From assembly GCA_027053075.1 (NCBI GenBank), contig JALUEE010000090.1:18135-82134 (forward strand): 64,000 bases of DNA. Direction: 5' to 3'. This document shows positions 30,035 through 41,749 of the stretch, in pieces. Each line of letters begins with the position of its first letter. Position 1 is the stretch's first letter. This DNA is from a candidate division WOR-3 bacterium. Lineage in GTDB: Bacteria; Hydrothermota; Hydrothermia; B15-G9; WFZT01. The notes beneath the pieces are model-generated. The model did no database searches. It worked only from the letters and a program-made list of their open reading frames with translations, and was not told the DNA's origin. Position numbers and translations under genes: made by a program.

Positions 30035-31512
30035 TACTTGTTGCCCTTTCACTGGTTCTCTATATCCTCTCTTTTCCACCATTTAGTGTTCCATTCCTGA
30101 TATTCATCGCGTTTGTTCCGGCATTTTTAGCCATTGGCAAAATCTCTTACAAGAAGGCCTTCTGGTGGTTCTTTGCAGGAGGAGCAATCTTTTCTCTCAT
30201 TCATGTTCACTGGATTTTAAATCTTCAGGTTCCTCCGGGCATAGAAAAGCTCCTTGTACTTGGCCTCATTTTGATGATTGCATATCTCGGCGCTTTTTAT
30301 GGAATTATAGGTGTTGCTTTCAAATATGGGGCCAAAAGCACAGCAGGATTTTTACTTTTCATCCCTTCCGCATGGGTTTTGATTGAATTTTTCCGTTCCT
30401 ATGGTGACCTTGGATTCCCCTGGAATCCGCTCTGGGAAGCACTGCTTCACAACTTGAGTATTTATCAAATTGCAAGGTTCTGGGGACCCTTTGGTGTATC
30501 CTTCCTCATTATTCTCGTGAATGCTCTAATGGCTTATGGTTTACTTAAAAGAAGAAGGCTATTTGCCGCCGCAGGTTTCCTGATCATCGTGATGCTTCAA
30601 TTTTGGGGAATCTATCTCAGGTCACAAACTTTTAAATCTACCAAATCTTTGAAAGTGGCTATCTTCCAGCCCAATGTATTACCTCGCTACGAGGACAACC
30701 CTGAAGAATGGAAAGAAACCTTTGCCGCCTATGATAGCCTGAACCGTCTTTTAAAAGATTCGCCGGATTTAATAGTTTTTTCCGAGTCATCATTACCCGG
30801 ATATTACAGGCTTTCAAGGAACTCAAAGGAAGTTGTCAGGAATGTTCTGGAAAGGCATAAAAGTTACATTTTGCTTGGCACCGCCGATTACAAATTTGAG
30901 ACTCGAGACAAATACAATCTTTATAACGCAGCATTTCTGATTTCACCCACCGGAGCGGTGATAGATAAATTTTACAAAACCCATCTTGTTCCATTTGGTG
31001 AGTGGTTGCCCTTTCAGGACAAATTCCCGTGGCTTGCTAATATCCACCTTGGCCAGGGTAACTACCTACCCGGGAAAAGATTCAGACCTCTGCAAGTGAA
31101 ATGTGCAAGGCTTGGAGTTTTGATTTGCTTTGAATCCATTTTCCCGGAAATTGCAAGGAAAGAGGTAAACCTTGGGGCAAACCTGCTTGTCAACATAACA
31201 AACGACGGCTGGTTCGGGCGTTCTCTTGGCCCGCGAGAGCATTTTTATCTTGCTATCTTCAGGTCGATTGAGACCCAGAGGTATCTTGTAAGAGCTGCTA
31301 AAACAGGTATCTCAGCTATAGTGAGTCCAGAGGGGAAAATAGAGGAAAAACTCGACCAGTTTAAATTGGGGATTATTGAGAGGGAAGTTCCTCTCCTGAG
31401 GAATGAAACTTTTTATGTAAGGCATGGCAACTGGATGGTGTATTTATCGTTATTGATGGCAATCATATTTCTGGCTTATAATTCAGTCAAAAGGCTAATC
31501 CACGGAGGTTAA
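30031..31512 (+). CDS. lnt: Apolipoprotein N-acyltransferase
   Basis: GFPW, QPN, SES, KTHLVPFGE, ICFES, TNDGWFG. Confidence 0.94.
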   Translation: MILVALSLVLYILSFPPFSVPFLIFIAFVPAFLAIGKISYKKAFWWFFAGGAIFSLIHVHWILNLQVPPGIEKLLVLGLILMIAYLGAFYGIIGVAFKYGAKSTAGFLLFIPSAWVLIEFFRSYGDLGFPWNPLWEALLHNLSIYQIARFWGPFGVSFLIILVNALMAYGLLKRRRLFAAAGFLIIVMLQFWGIYLRSQTFKSTKSLKVAIFQPNVLPRYEDNPEEWKETFAAYDSLNRLLKDSPDLIVFSESSLPGYYRLSRNSKEVVRNVLERHKSYILLGTADYKFETRDKYNLYNAAFLISPTGAVIDKFYKTHLVPFGEWLPFQDKFPWLANIHLGQGNYLPGKRFRPLQVKCARLGVLICFESIFPEIARKEVNLGANLLVNITNDGWFGRSLGPREHFYLAIFRSIETQRYLVRAAKTGISAIVSPEGKIEEKLDQFKLGIIEREVPLLRNETFYVRHGNWMVYLSLLMAIIFLAYNSVKRLIHGG

Positions 31513-31515
31513 GAG

Positions 31516-34266
31516 ATGCAATCAATGTTATTGGCATTTTTATTGTTTTCGCAGCAGCAGGTGACGATACAGCAGATTCAAGGTAACGGTCCAACGTCCC
31601 CCTATGTTGGTCAAAGAGTGATAACCACTGGAGTAGTAACTGGTGTCTACCAGCATGGATTTTTTATAGAGGACACCAGTGCAGGTCCCTGGAGTGGAAT
31701 ATGGGTCCATTCATACGCAAGTGTTGCAAGGGGTGACTTTATCAGGCTTTCTGGGGTTGTGGTGGAATACTACGATTTAACCGAGCTTGATAGCACGGAG
31801 AATGTTTCAGTGCTGGCTCATGGATATGTCATCCCCCCGGAGACCCTTTCAACCCATGATGTTGCCAATGAGATGTGGGAAAGTGTACTGGTGACGGTTC
31901 TTGGGGCCGTATGTGATTCTCTTCCCAACCAGTACGGTGAATGGTGGGTGAATGATGGAAGTGGCCCAATAATGGTTGACGATATGGGATACGCCGCATC
32001 TCCAACCCTCGGTCACTGTTACAATATAACCGGGCCGGTTTACTATTCCTATAGAAATTATAAAATTGAGCCGAGGGACGCCAACGATGTTCAGGAAGTT
32101 GTCTGTCCCATTAGATTCACAAATGTTTACTTTAACCCAACTTTGCCAGATCCAGACGAGGATGTTTCTGTGGTTGCAGTGGTGAGTTCTCATACCCAGA
32201 TTTATCAGGACTCGTTGTTTTATGCAGTAAACGGGACTTCTTCCTGGAATTCTGTGCCTCACGACAGTGTTGTCGGCTCAAACTACTATTACACTATTCC
32301 TCATCAGCCACTCGGTAGTATAGTCCATTTCTATATCACGCTCTGGAGGCAGGACTTAAGCTTTGAAACATCCGATACTCTCATGTATCTCGTGCCTGAT
32401 TTCTCGAAAACCATTCCGCTTGGTTTTGTCCATGTCCTCGATAGAAACGGAGTTTCTATTCTTGAAGGAAGAACCATTAAATTTACCGGGAAATTAACCA
32501 CGGGAGGCGAACTTGGCCTCACATACTTCTTGCAGGATACCTCAGGTGGAATAGCCATCTATAATCCGGGAGTCTCTCTGAATAGAGGCGACAGTGTTGT
32601 GGGAATGGGCACTGTGGAGTCTTATTACGGTCTTGCGGAATTGAAAAATGTTTCCTTCAGCTTGATTGAGCATGGAAACGAAATACCTCCACAGGTGGTT
32701 ACCTGCAGGGAGCTTTCGGAGAATGGAGAGAAGTATGAAGGTAAACTTTTGAGAATAAAGGGTGTAACCTCGACTGCTACCTTCTTCCCGGTGGATGGAA
32801 CCATCACTGTGACTGATTCAACAGGTACTTTTACCCTTTTCATCGACAGAGATACTGACCTTGGCTCGCTTCCTGTGCCTGAGGGAGAGTTTGATGTTAT
32901 TGGTGTTCTTTCCCAGCACGATGCAACACCTCCTTATACTGAAGGCTATCAGCTCGTCCCAAGGTCCCACGAGGATGTGATATTCCAGGGTAATGGAAGT
33001 GGTGAGGTCAATATTATCCCGCCCATCGCTTTTCCCGGTGACACGACGTCACTGCATTTTGAAGGTAGCAATTTACCTGGAAATGTCAGGGTAGTTATCC
33101 CAACAGGGCTCGAATGGAGCTTTGATACTACTGATGTCCAGGTATCAGGTGTTGACTCATTTAGTATTGATACGACCTCGCGTTTTGTTACTTTTTACAG
33201 CACGGACACACTGATTTCTTTTGACCTTGAAAATGTATATGTGCCCGATACAACAAGAGATTACATCTTCATGGTGAAGACCTCTTCTGGCACCAGTTTC
33301 AGGAGAATAATGAAATATCCGGTGCTCTACACAGTGACTCCGCTTAAGGATGTTCAGGGTGACGATTACACCTCTCCCATGCTTGGAGATACCGTTCGGA
33401 TCGGAGGCTGGGTCATTGGCCCATCAGACGTGTTCAGCCCATCAGGTAAGACAACATTCTGGCTCTATGATGGGACAGACGGTGTGGAAGCCTTTTCTTA
33501 CAGCACAACACCACCTGAAAGGGTGGGAGATTTTATCGTGCTCACAGGAGTCGTCAATGAGTACAATGGACTTACGCAGGTAACATTTTCATCTGATGGA
33601 TTTACAAAGGTTTTAAGTGTATCTCCTGATTCCCCATTCCTGCCTACGCCTGATACTCTTGGAGAATCTGAGGGACTCAACGAATCCCTTGAAGGTCATC
33701 TTGTCGTGGTTCGTGGAAATGTTGCCACTGATCCGTCTCGTGGTGGCAGTGGTTTTAATCTGACAATAATGAACGGCCTTACACCTGTTGATCTGCGAAT
33801 TTTAGATGCAACCGGAATTGATGTCACACAGTTTCACAAAGGACAGGTCCTGGAAGTTAGAGGAATTGTTTCCCAGTACGACCAGACCCCTCCATTTACT
33901 TCTGGTTACCAGCTTATGCCTGTGAAACCCGGCGATATAAGGATTTTTCAGGGTCAGACGACAACAGCGGTTTCCATGCAGCTCAACAGGTCGGTGGGAA
34001 TTATAGATGATGGTAAGACTTTCACAATAACCGTGAAATCACCTTCAACTGCTGAGAATACTATTACAATCTACGACCTCGAAGGCCGGAAGATCAGGAC
34101 ACTGATTGAGCGACACGTGGGGCCTGTGGTGGTAAACTGGAATCTACTTGACGATTACGGCCAGACGGTTAAATTAGGAATGTATATCATTCAGCTAAAG
34201 TCAATTGTAGGTGGAAAGACAAAAGTTTTAAATAAACTTGTGCTTGTGACGAGGAGGTTTAAGTAA
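31516..34266 (+). CDS. Secreted multi-OB-fold protein with FlgD/T9SS-like C-terminal domain
   Basis: Signal peptide; repeated YhcR-like OB modules (IQQIQG...SPYVG...GFFIED; EYYDLTEL, SYYGLAEL, EYNGLTQV); C-terminal IYDLEGRKIRTL...W...G.Y. Confidence 0.7.
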   Translation: MQSMLLAFLLFSQQQVTIQQIQGNGPTSPYVGQRVITTGVVTGVYQHGFFIEDTSAGPWSGIWVHSYASVARGDFIRLSGVVVEYYDLTELDSTENVSVLAHGYVIPPETLSTHDVANEMWESVLVTVLGAVCDSLPNQYGEWWVNDGSGPIMVDDMGYAASPTLGHCYNITGPVYYSYRNYKIEPRDANDVQEVVCPIRFTNVYFNPTLPDPDEDVSVVAVVSSHTQIYQDSLFYAVNGTSSWNSVPHDSVVGSNYYYTIPHQPLGSIVHFYITLWRQDLSFETSDTLMYLVPDFSKTIPLGFVHVLDRNGVSILEGRTIKFTGKLTTGGELGLTYFLQDTSGGIAIYNPGVSLNRGDSVVGMGTVESYYGLAELKNVSFSLIEHGNEIPPQVVTCRELSENGEKYEGKLLRIKGVTSTATFFPVDGTITVTDSTGTFTLFIDRDTDLGSLPVPEGEFDVIGVLSQHDATPPYTEGYQLVPRSHEDVIFQGNGSGEVNIIPPIAFPGDTTSLHFEGSNLPGNVRVVIPTGLEWSFDTTDVQVSGVDSFSIDTTSRFVTFYSTDTLISFDLENVYVPDTTRDYIFMVKTSSGTSFRRIMKYPVLYTVTPLKDVQGDDYTSPMLGDTVRIGGWVIGPSDVFSPSGKTTFWLYDGTDGVEAFSYSTTPPERVGDFIVLTGVVNEYNGLTQVTFSSDGFTKVLSVSPDSPFLPTPDTLGESEGLNESLEGHLVVVRGNVATDPSRGGSGFNLTIMNGLTPVDLRILDATGIDVTQFHKGQVLEVRGIVSQYDQTPPFTSGYQLMPVKPGDIRIFQGQTTTAVSMQLNRSVGIIDDGKTFTITVKSPSTAENTITIYDLEGRKIRTLIERHVGPVVVNWNLLDDYGQTVKLGMYIIQLKSIVGGKTKVLNKLVLVTRRFK

Positions 34267-34268
34267 CA

Positions 34269-35654
34269 TTGGCAGACCCGAGAGTTTTAACAGATAAAAA
34301 GCCACCGCACTCTATAGAAGCAGAGATGAGTGTACTGGGCTCTATGATGCTCGATGAGAGTGCGGTGCATAAGGCTATTGAAATTCTCCGTGAAGAGGAT
34401 TTTTACCTGAAATCCCACAGAATTATTTTCAAAACCCTGGTGGAACTTTATGAGGAGCGCTCCACGACGGACATCCTCTCAGTAAAGGACAAGCTTGAGA
34501 AGGAAAACAAACTGCAGGAGATCGGTGGGCCAGAGTATCTCAGTGCACTTGTTGAGGCTGTGATTACTCCGGACCTTGTTACTGAACATGCAAAGATTGT
34601 GCTCGAGAAGTCCATTTACAGACGTGTCATTCAGGTGGCAAACTCCATACTTATGCAGGCTTATCAGGAAGGTGAGCCGGCAGACTACCTTCTTGATTTT
34701 GCAGAGCACAAAATCCTTGAGATCGGTCAGAGAAGGGTTTCAGGCGGATGGGTGAAAAGTAGTAAAGTGATTGTGGATGTATTTGAAGAAATTGAAGCCA
34801 TGATCAAAAGGGGTGAGGGCATCGTAAGTGGACTCCCCAGTGGATTCAAAGACCTGGATAAGCTTACAACCGGTTTCCAGCCCGGTGACCTTGTAATTCT
34901 TGCATCAAGACCGTCAGTGGGAAAAACAACCCTCGCCTTGAATATAATGCGACACCTGTCCATTGAGGAAAACATTCCGACTGCTATCTTCAGTCTGGAG
35001 ATGACAAAGGAGCAGCTCGCATTTCGCCTCTTGTGCATGGAAGCTCGAGTTGACGCCCAGAAAATAAGAAAAGGTTATGTGGACAAGTCTGAAATCAAGA
35101 AGTTAACTGATGCCGCAAGTGTACTCTCAAAGGCTCCGATCTTTATTGATGACACACCTGCAATTTCAATTCTTGAGCTCAAAGCCAAAGCAAGAAGGAT
35201 AGTGAAAGATGAGGGTGTAAAGCTGATAGCAGTTGACTACCTCCAGCTTGTTCAGGGGCCAAGGGATGTAGACAACAGGCAGCAGGAAATTTCTGCCATT
35301 TCCCGTTCTCTTAAGGCACTCGCAAAGGAGCTGAATATCACAGTCCTTGCACTTTCTCAGCTCTCACGTGCAGTTGAGCAGAGGCATGACAAGCGGCCGC
35401 AGCTGTCTGACCTCAGGGAATCGGGTGCTATTGAGCAGGATGCGGATACTGTCCTCTTCATCTACAGGCCTGAAATGGGCAGAAGAGAAGAGGAAGTTCC
35501 CGAAGAAGAAAGAAACGTTGCAGAAATCATTATCGGAAAACAAAGAAACGGTCCTGTCGGGACCATTAAATTAGTATTCTTGAAGAACCAGCTGAGGTTT
35601 GAGAACTTTACACAACAGGAGGAAGAAATTCCTGAAATAGACATCATTGGATAA
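34269..35654 (+). CDS. dnaB: Replicative DNA helicase
   Basis: PPHSIEAE, ASRPSVGKT, FSLEM, DYLQL, SDLRESGAIEQDAD, KQRNGP. Confidence 0.97.
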   Translation: MADPRVLTDKKPPHSIEAEMSVLGSMMLDESAVHKAIEILREEDFYLKSHRIIFKTLVELYEERSTTDILSVKDKLEKENKLQEIGGPEYLSALVEAVITPDLVTEHAKIVLEKSIYRRVIQVANSILMQAYQEGEPADYLLDFAEHKILEIGQRRVSGGWVKSSKVIVDVFEEIEAMIKRGEGIVSGLPSGFKDLDKLTTGFQPGDLVILASRPSVGKTTLALNIMRHLSIEENIPTAIFSLEMTKEQLAFRLLCMEARVDAQKIRKGYVDKSEIKKLTDAASVLSKAPIFIDDTPAISILELKAKARRIVKDEGVKLIAVDYLQLVQGPRDVDNRQQEISAISRSLKALAKELNITVLALSQLSRAVEQRHDKRPQLSDLRESGAIEQDADTVLFIYRPEMGRREEEVPEEERNVAEIIIGKQRNGPVGTIKLVFLKNQLRFENFTQQEEEIPEIDIIG

Positions 35655-35660
35655 GGAGGT

Positions 35661-36050
35661 TTGAAGATGAAAGTTCAGCTGATTTTGTCGCTGATTTACT
35701 TTATAGTCGCGGCACTGTTTTTGGGAGTAAACTCGGAGTATGCAAGAGGGACATTCCACATCAACCTGATTTTCGGGAAAGCAGATGTTGCCATTTTCCC
35801 TTTGATTATTGGCATCTCTTTCATCTGGATGCTCATCATTATTCTCATTGACTACATGAGCATAAACTCGCTAAAGAAGCAGATTTACAAGCTAAAAGCA
35901 CAGGTCCACGACACTGAAAAATCCGAGATGCTAAAACTCCTTAAAGAAATCAATGAAAAATTTGATGGGCACGCAACAACTGTTTATCAGCAGTTGCATG
36001 AAATTGAGGAGATAATCAAGGGAAAGCAAAATCAGCAGAAAACGGAGTAG
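35661..36050 (+). CDS. LapA-like membrane protein with coiled coil
   Basis: AAGGAGG RBS; two TM segments followed by a charged helix. Confidence 0.6.
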   Translation: MKMKVQLILSLIYFIVAALFLGVNSEYARGTFHINLIFGKADVAIFPLIIGISFIWMLIIILIDYMSINSLKKQIYKLKAQVHDTEKSEMLKLLKEINEKFDGHATTVYQQLHEIEEIIKGKQNQQKTE

Positions 36051-36054
36051 GGGA

Positions 36055-37422
36055 ATGAAAATTTACAACACGTTAACAAAGAAGCTGGACGATTTTGTGC
36101 CAATACGAGATAACAAAGTCGGTTTTTACATGTGCGGAATGACCGTTCAGGACAGACCGCACCTGGGGCATTTGAGGACCTTTACCACCGGTGATATCGT
36201 GCGGCGGTATCTCATTTACAAAGGTTACGAAGTCACATACGTGACAAACTTTACGGATATTGACGACAAAATTATTCAGAAATCACATGACCTTGGGATT
36301 GACTGGCGAAAGATCGGAGAAACCTACATCGAGGAATTTTTCAAAGTAACCGATGAAATAAACATCATGCGAGCTGATTATTATCCGCGAGCGACCCAAT
36401 TCATTCAGGAAATAATCGAGGCGGTGGAAATTCTGGTGGACAAAGGGTTTGCCTATGTCACCGGCGGCGATGTCTGGTTTGATGTCAGGAAGAAAAAGGA
36501 CTATGGAAAGCTCTCTGGCAAAAAACTTGAGGACCTGATGGAGGGCGCGAGGGTTGAGCCTTCCCCAAATAAGAAATTCCCCATGGATTTCTCCGTCTGG
36601 AAGGCCTGGAAAGAGGGTGAACCTTATTGGTGGTCTCCATGGGGGAAGGGCAGACCCGGATGGCACATTGAGTGTTCGGTGATGTCCACACATTACCTTG
36701 GACAGCCCTTTGACATTCATGGTGGGGCGCAGGATTTGATTTTCCCGCACCATGAGAATGAAATTGCCCAGTCCGAGGCAATAAGGGGCACAGAATACGT
36801 TAGATACTGGCTCCACGGTGGCTTTGTAAATATAAAAGGCGAAAAGATGTCCAAAAGCAAGGGACTCTTTTTTGCTGCCCAGGAAGTTTTGAAAGAATAC
36901 GGTGCCAATCCTGTGAGACTATATTTCCTTCAAACTCATTATAGAAGTCCCATAGATTTTTCGGCCGAAAGGCTGACTGAGTCTCAAAAGGCTTGGGAAA
37001 GGATTTCGAATTTCCTCGAAAAAGTACCGGAGGGTAACGGAAAGGAGACGGACTTTTCTTTTGCTGGTGAATACCTGAAGAGATTTGAAGAAGCTATGGA
37101 CGAGGATTTCAACACACCCCGTGCAGTTGCGGTAATTTTTGATATGGTAAAGCAGGGAAATGCACTTCTTGATAAGGAGCCTGAGAAGGCGGCAGAAATC
37201 GGCAGAGTACTTAGAACAATCTTAAATATTCTTGGATTCAAGCCTGAGAAAAAAGAGAGAGCAGGAATCGAAGATGATCTTGTTTCTATCATCGTAGAAG
37301 TCCGCCAGAAGATGCGCCAGGAAAAGAAATTTGAAATTGCGGACTGGATCAGAGACCAGCTCAAAAATCTTGGAGTAATCCTCGAGGACACCCCTCAGGG
37401 GACAAAGTGGAAGATAAAATAA
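36055..37422 (+). CDS. cysS: Cysteine--tRNA ligase
   Basis: YMCG.TV...HLGH, GRPGWHIECS, FPHHENE, KMSKS. Confidence 0.97.
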   Translation: MKIYNTLTKKLDDFVPIRDNKVGFYMCGMTVQDRPHLGHLRTFTTGDIVRRYLIYKGYEVTYVTNFTDIDDKIIQKSHDLGIDWRKIGETYIEEFFKVTDEINIMRADYYPRATQFIQEIIEAVEILVDKGFAYVTGGDVWFDVRKKKDYGKLSGKKLEDLMEGARVEPSPNKKFPMDFSVWKAWKEGEPYWWSPWGKGRPGWHIECSVMSTHYLGQPFDIHGGAQDLIFPHHENEIAQSEAIRGTEYVRYWLHGGFVNIKGEKMSKSKGLFFAAQEVLKEYGANPVRLYFLQTHYRSPIDFSAERLTESQKAWERISNFLEKVPEGNGKETDFSFAGEYLKRFEEAMDEDFNTPRAVAVIFDMVKQGNALLDKEPEKAAEIGRVLRTILNILGFKPEKKERAGIEDDLVSIIVEVRQKMRQEKKFEIADWIRDQLKNLGVILEDTPQGTKWKIK

Positions 37423-37654
37423 AATCTGGTTTTTAGGGATGTAGAGTTGTTTTAATTTTTGTGGGGCCGCGCACTATTTTTCAAACTTCAAGCCTTTCGG
37501 TCAATATTTATACACTCGCTCAGGAATATCTCATTTTTCCTGAACCTGCAAATACCCATTTGCCCATGGAGCCAGGATAGGAAGAGAATTTGTCTTACAT
37601 TCTTTGACACAACCTTTATAATTTCTATGACAAAAACTTCATGGAGGTGTTTTT

Positions 37655-39325
37655 ATGGATCGTCCGTGGCTGAAATTCTACGATGAAGATGTACCACGGA
37701 GTATTGATTATCCCAGAATGCCCATCTATGGCATTCTCGATGGTTCAGCAGAAAAGTTCCCCTCCAAAACGGCTTCCATATTCTACGGTAAAAAGCTCAC
37801 TTACAAAGAGCTAAAAGAATTATCCGATAGATTTGCAAATTCCCTCAAAAAACTTGTCATTGGAAAAGGAGACAAAGTAGCACTTCTCCTGCCAAACTTC
37901 CCGGGTTACGTTATTGCCTACTTTGGTGCTTTAAAATCCGGCGCTGTCGTTGTCCCACTGAATCCCCTTTACACAGAGAGTGAGCTTGAGTTTCACTTTA
38001 ACGATTCCAGTGCGGAGACCGTTGTTACAATCCCTATGTTTGTTGAAAAGGCAGCCGCACTAACGAAAAAGACACCACTCAAGCGTGTCATCGTTTCCTA
38101 CATTGCTGACTTTTTACCATTTCCCCTCAGTTTTGTTCAGAAACTCAGAGAAAATCCATATGTGAAGCGGGCAAAGAAGACCATTTCAGGTGAGCTTCTC
38201 AATATGAAAGACATGATTTCGAGCCCTGCCACTGGTTTTAAACCTGCACAGGTGAATCCCGATGAGCTTGGAATTCTCATTTATTCGGGAGGTACAACAG
38301 GTGTGGCAAAGGGGATAATGCTCTCTCACTACGCAGTTGTGGCAAATGCCCACATGATCAAAGCCTGGGGTCACCTTGATGAAAACGAGAGGATGCTGGC
38401 AGTGCTGCCGTTTTTTCACGGCTACGGCATGAATGTAACCATGAACGCAGCACTACTCTCGGGCATGTCCATTGTAATGCTGCCCAGATTCAGCGCGCGC
38501 GAGATGGCAAAGACCATTGATAAATACAAACCCACGCAGACCGCAGTTGTTCCCACCATCCTCGTTGCACTTTCCGCTGTCAAAAACGTGGAAAAGTATG
38601 ATTTTTCAAGCCTCAAGGCCATTTGGGTTGGAGCTGCCCCGCTGACTGCTGCCATCAAAGAGAATTTTGAGAAGAAAACCGGTGGACGTGCCATAGAGGG
38701 TTATGGCCTCACCGAGGCAGTCACTGCAATAATGGCCAATCCCATGAAGGGAAAACACAAGGTAGGAAGTATCGGACTCCCATTCCCTGATGTTGATGCG
38801 AAAATCGTTTCACTTGATGGAACAAAAGACCTTCCATCCGGTGAGGTGGGAGAGATTGCACTAAAAACCCCGACCGTGATGCTCGGTTACTACAATAGAC
38901 CCGAGGAAACTGCAAAAACCATTAAAGACGGCTGGCTTCTCACTGGGGATATTGGTTTTATGGACGAAGAGGGTTATTTTTATATAACCGACAGGAAAAA
39001 GGACCTCATCATTGTTGGTGGATTTAACGTTTTCCCGAGGGAAATTGACGAGTTGATTTATAAGCATCCGAAGGTGAAAGAGGGAATAACTGTTGGCGTG
39101 CCTGATGAATTTAAGGGTGAGAAAATAAAAGTCTTTATCGTGCTCAAAGAGGGTGTTACAGCCACGGCAGAAGAGTTTATTGAATATTTCAAAAAGCACC
39201 TTGCCCCCTACAAAGTGCCAAGTGAGGTAGAATTCAGGAAAGAGCTTCCAAAGAGTGCAATTGGAAAGATTCTTCGAAGGGTACTAAGAGAGGAGGAAAT
39301 CAAAAAGCGTGGTAAAAATACCTAA
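37655..39325 (+). CDS. Acyl-CoA ligase (FadD-like AMP-binding enzyme)
   Basis: YSGGTTGVAKG, EGYGLTE, TGDIG, DRKKD, PKSAIGKILRR. Confidence 0.92.
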   Translation: MDRPWLKFYDEDVPRSIDYPRMPIYGILDGSAEKFPSKTASIFYGKKLTYKELKELSDRFANSLKKLVIGKGDKVALLLPNFPGYVIAYFGALKSGAVVVPLNPLYTESELEFHFNDSSAETVVTIPMFVEKAAALTKKTPLKRVIVSYIADFLPFPLSFVQKLRENPYVKRAKKTISGELLNMKDMISSPATGFKPAQVNPDELGILIYSGGTTGVAKGIMLSHYAVVANAHMIKAWGHLDENERMLAVLPFFHGYGMNVTMNAALLSGMSIVMLPRFSAREMAKTIDKYKPTQTAVVPTILVALSAVKNVEKYDFSSLKAIWVGAAPLTAAIKENFEKKTGGRAIEGYGLTEAVTAIMANPMKGKHKVGSIGLPFPDVDAKIVSLDGTKDLPSGEVGEIALKTPTVMLGYYNRPEETAKTIKDGWLLTGDIGFMDEEGYFYITDRKKDLIIVGGFNVFPREIDELIYKHPKVKEGITVGVPDEFKGEKIKVFIVLKEGVTATAEEFIEYFKKHLAPYKVPSEVEFRKELPKSAIGKILRRVLREEEIKKRGKNT

Positions 39326-40430
39326 GAGGCACGAGGTTTGCAGGAAATTTAAGGAGCAGGGGGGAAAGGTTGCGGCAGTATTGCCCATCCATTATCCGAG
39401 AGCACTTTTGAGGGCTTTTGATATACTACCTGTGGAAGTGTGGGGACCTCCTCAAGTGGACGTAAGTTATGGAGGTGCACACCTGCAGCCCTATGTTTGC
39501 TCGATAGTTCACAATGCCCTTTCGTTTCTCAAAACCGGTGGGCTGGATGAAACCGACATTATCATTGTTCCGCACACGTGTGACTCGCTTCAGGGATTTG
39601 GAAGCATTCTGCTTGATTTTGTTAAGCCCAGACAGCCGGTTTTTCCAATTTATTTGCCACGCGGAAAAAGGTCGGAGGATGTTGAATTTCTGGTGAATGA
39701 GTTTAAATCTCTATACAGGGGGCTCGAAAAAATTACCGGCAAAAGCCCGATGGATGATGAGATGCTTAAGAGAATCGAAATTGAAGAGGAGGCCGATGCA
39801 AAGCTAAAAGAGCTTTATGAGATCAGGGGTGAATTTTCCTTTGAGTCAGGAAAGACCAAAAGCAGGTCAAGCAAGGGAGAAGCCCTTTCAACCTACGATT
39901 TTTACAGGGTTGTGCGGGCAAGAGAATTTTTACCAGCCGAGAAATTTATTGAGATTGCTGACGAGGTGATTTCGGAATATTCATTTGTAAGAGATGGTGT
40001 GCCTGTGATACTTTCGGGGATAGTTCCAGAGCCCATGGAGGTTTTGAATGCCATTGAAGAAGCCGGGGGATTTGTCGTTGTAGATGACCTTGCCTGCTGT
40101 GGCAGACGTCTTTATGGACGTGGAAAATCGAGTGAGCCATTGAAAAGGATGGCCGAAAGGATTATTTTCGGGCCACCTGATGTGACACGAGGGAATTTGA
40201 TTGAGGAGAGGTTTGAACATTTGAAGTATCTTGCTGAGGTCACAGGGGCACGCGGTATCATTTTCTATACTGTAAAGTTCTGCGAGCCCGAGTTATTTGA
40301 TTTACCTGACCTGAAGAATATGCTGAAGAGTGCGGGGGTACCTTCGGTGCAGGTTGAGATCGATATCGGTGACCCATTACCTCATCAGACTATCACGAGA
40401 TTGACTGCGTTTTTAGAGGTGCTGGCATGA
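39309..40430 (+). CDS. 2-hydroxyacyl-CoA dehydratase/benzoyl-CoA reductase subunit (HgdB/BcrC/BzdN-like)
   Basis: [28 protein letters not shown]. Confidence 0.85.
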   Translation: MVKIPKRHEVCRKFKEQGGKVAAVLPIHYPRALLRAFDILPVEVWGPPQVDVSYGGAHLQPYVCSIVHNALSFLKTGGLDETDIIIVPHTCDSLQGFGSILLDFVKPRQPVFPIYLPRGKRSEDVEFLVNEFKSLYRGLEKITGKSPMDDEMLKRIEIEEEADAKLKELYEIRGEFSFESGKTKSRSSKGEALSTYDFYRVVRAREFLPAEKFIEIADEVISEYSFVRDGVPVILSGIVPEPMEVLNAIEEAGGFVVVDDLACCGRRLYGRGKSSEPLKRMAERIIFGPPDVTRGNLIEERFEHLKYLAEVTGARGIIFYTVKFCEPELFDLPDLKNMLKSAGVPSVQVEIDIGDPLPHQTITRLTAFLEVLA

Positions 40431-41749
40431 GTTTGAAAGACCATCTCAAATATTACTGGAATGTGAAGCTTGTTGGGAGTGCCTATCTCAGGTGGCAGAG
40501 GTGGCAGGCAGAGCGGAAGCCTCGAATTCCGCGAAATTGGAGAACGAATATAATCGCACCACCGCTGAAGATCAGTGCCCGCACAAAAGAGCTGATCTCA
40601 AGGCATTATCTTGAGGGAAGGTATGCGAATGGGCATAAGCCTGTTGCGTGGGTTACATCTGGTGGGCCGGTCGAAATCCTTCAGGCTCTTGGCTTTTATG
40701 TTTTGTATCCTGAAAATCACGGCGCGCTCTGTGGAGCGCGCCGTTACGCTCTTGAACTCTCAGAAGAGGCCGAAAACTACGGTTTCTCCCAGGATATTTG
40801 CTCATACGCGAGGACGGATATAGGGAGCATGCTCTCGGGGAAGACACCGATTGGAAGACTTCCAAAGCCTGATCTTCTGCTTGCATGCACAAATATTTGT
40901 CAGACAGTGCTTTTCTGGTATCGAGTGCTTGCAAAGCATTTTAACGTTCCGATTATCCTGATTGACACACCATTCGTTTACAAAGATGCACCGGAGCACG
41001 CTATTGAATACGTGAAAAAGCAGCTCGAGGCTTCGATTCCGGTGGCCCAGAGGGTTGCAAAGAAAAAGCTTAGCTTTAAAAAATTAAAGGAAGTTGTGAG
41101 GCTCAGCCGTGAGGCTTCTGAGCTGTGGCTCGAGATTATGTATAGGGGAAAGGCAAAGCCTGCCCCGATCTCGGTTTTTGACCAGTTCATACACATGGCT
41201 CCAATTGTGGAGATGCGGGGTAAACCCGAAACGGTGGATTTTTACGCAGCAATGCTCAAAGAGGTTGATGAAAGAATCAAAAAGGGTATCGGAGCAGTGA
41301 AGAATGAGAGGAAAAGGCTGCTCTGGGATAATTTGCCCATCTGGTATAAACTGAGATTCCTTGCGGAGTATCTTGGTGAGCATGGGATTTCGGTGGTTGC
41401 TTCTACTTATACCATGGCATGGGGTGAGCTTGCCCCATTGATTGACCCGGAAAGACCCATTGAATCAATGGCAAAGACTTATATTTACCCAATTTTGAAT
41501 CGTGGAACAGGCTACAAGTTGCAAAAGATGAGGGACATGGTTGAGGAATTTGACCTTGATGGTGCAATTTTGCATTCTGACCGCTCGTGTAAGCCTTATT
41601 CTATCGGACAGGTGGATCAGAGGAACAGATTGATCAGTGAATACGGGATACCTGCTCTTATTTTAGAGGCTGATCATAATGATCCCCGGGCATTTGCAGA
41701 TGAGCAGGTAAAAGCAAGACTTGATTCATTTATAGAGATGCTGGAATGA
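40427..41749 (+). CDS. 2-hydroxyacyl-CoA dehydratase/benzoyl-CoA reductase subunit (HgdA/BcrB/BzdO-like)
   Basis: [36 protein letters not shown]. Confidence 0.87.
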   Translation: MSLKDHLKYYWNVKLVGSAYLRWQRWQAERKPRIPRNWRTNIIAPPLKISARTKELISRHYLEGRYANGHKPVAWVTSGGPVEILQALGFYVLYPENHGALCGARRYALELSEEAENYGFSQDICSYARTDIGSMLSGKTPIGRLPKPDLLLACTNICQTVLFWYRVLAKHFNVPIILIDTPFVYKDAPEHAIEYVKKQLEASIPVAQRVAKKKLSFKKLKEVVRLSREASELWLEIMYRGKAKPAPISVFDQFIHMAPIVEMRGKPETVDFYAAMLKEVDERIKKGIGAVKNERKRLLWDNLPIWYKLRFLAEYLGEHGISVVASTYTMAWGELAPLIDPERPIESMAKTYIYPILNRGTGYKLQKMRDMVEEFDLDGAILHSDRSCKPYSIGQVDQRNRLISEYGIPALILEADHNDPRAFADEQVKARLDSFIEMLE

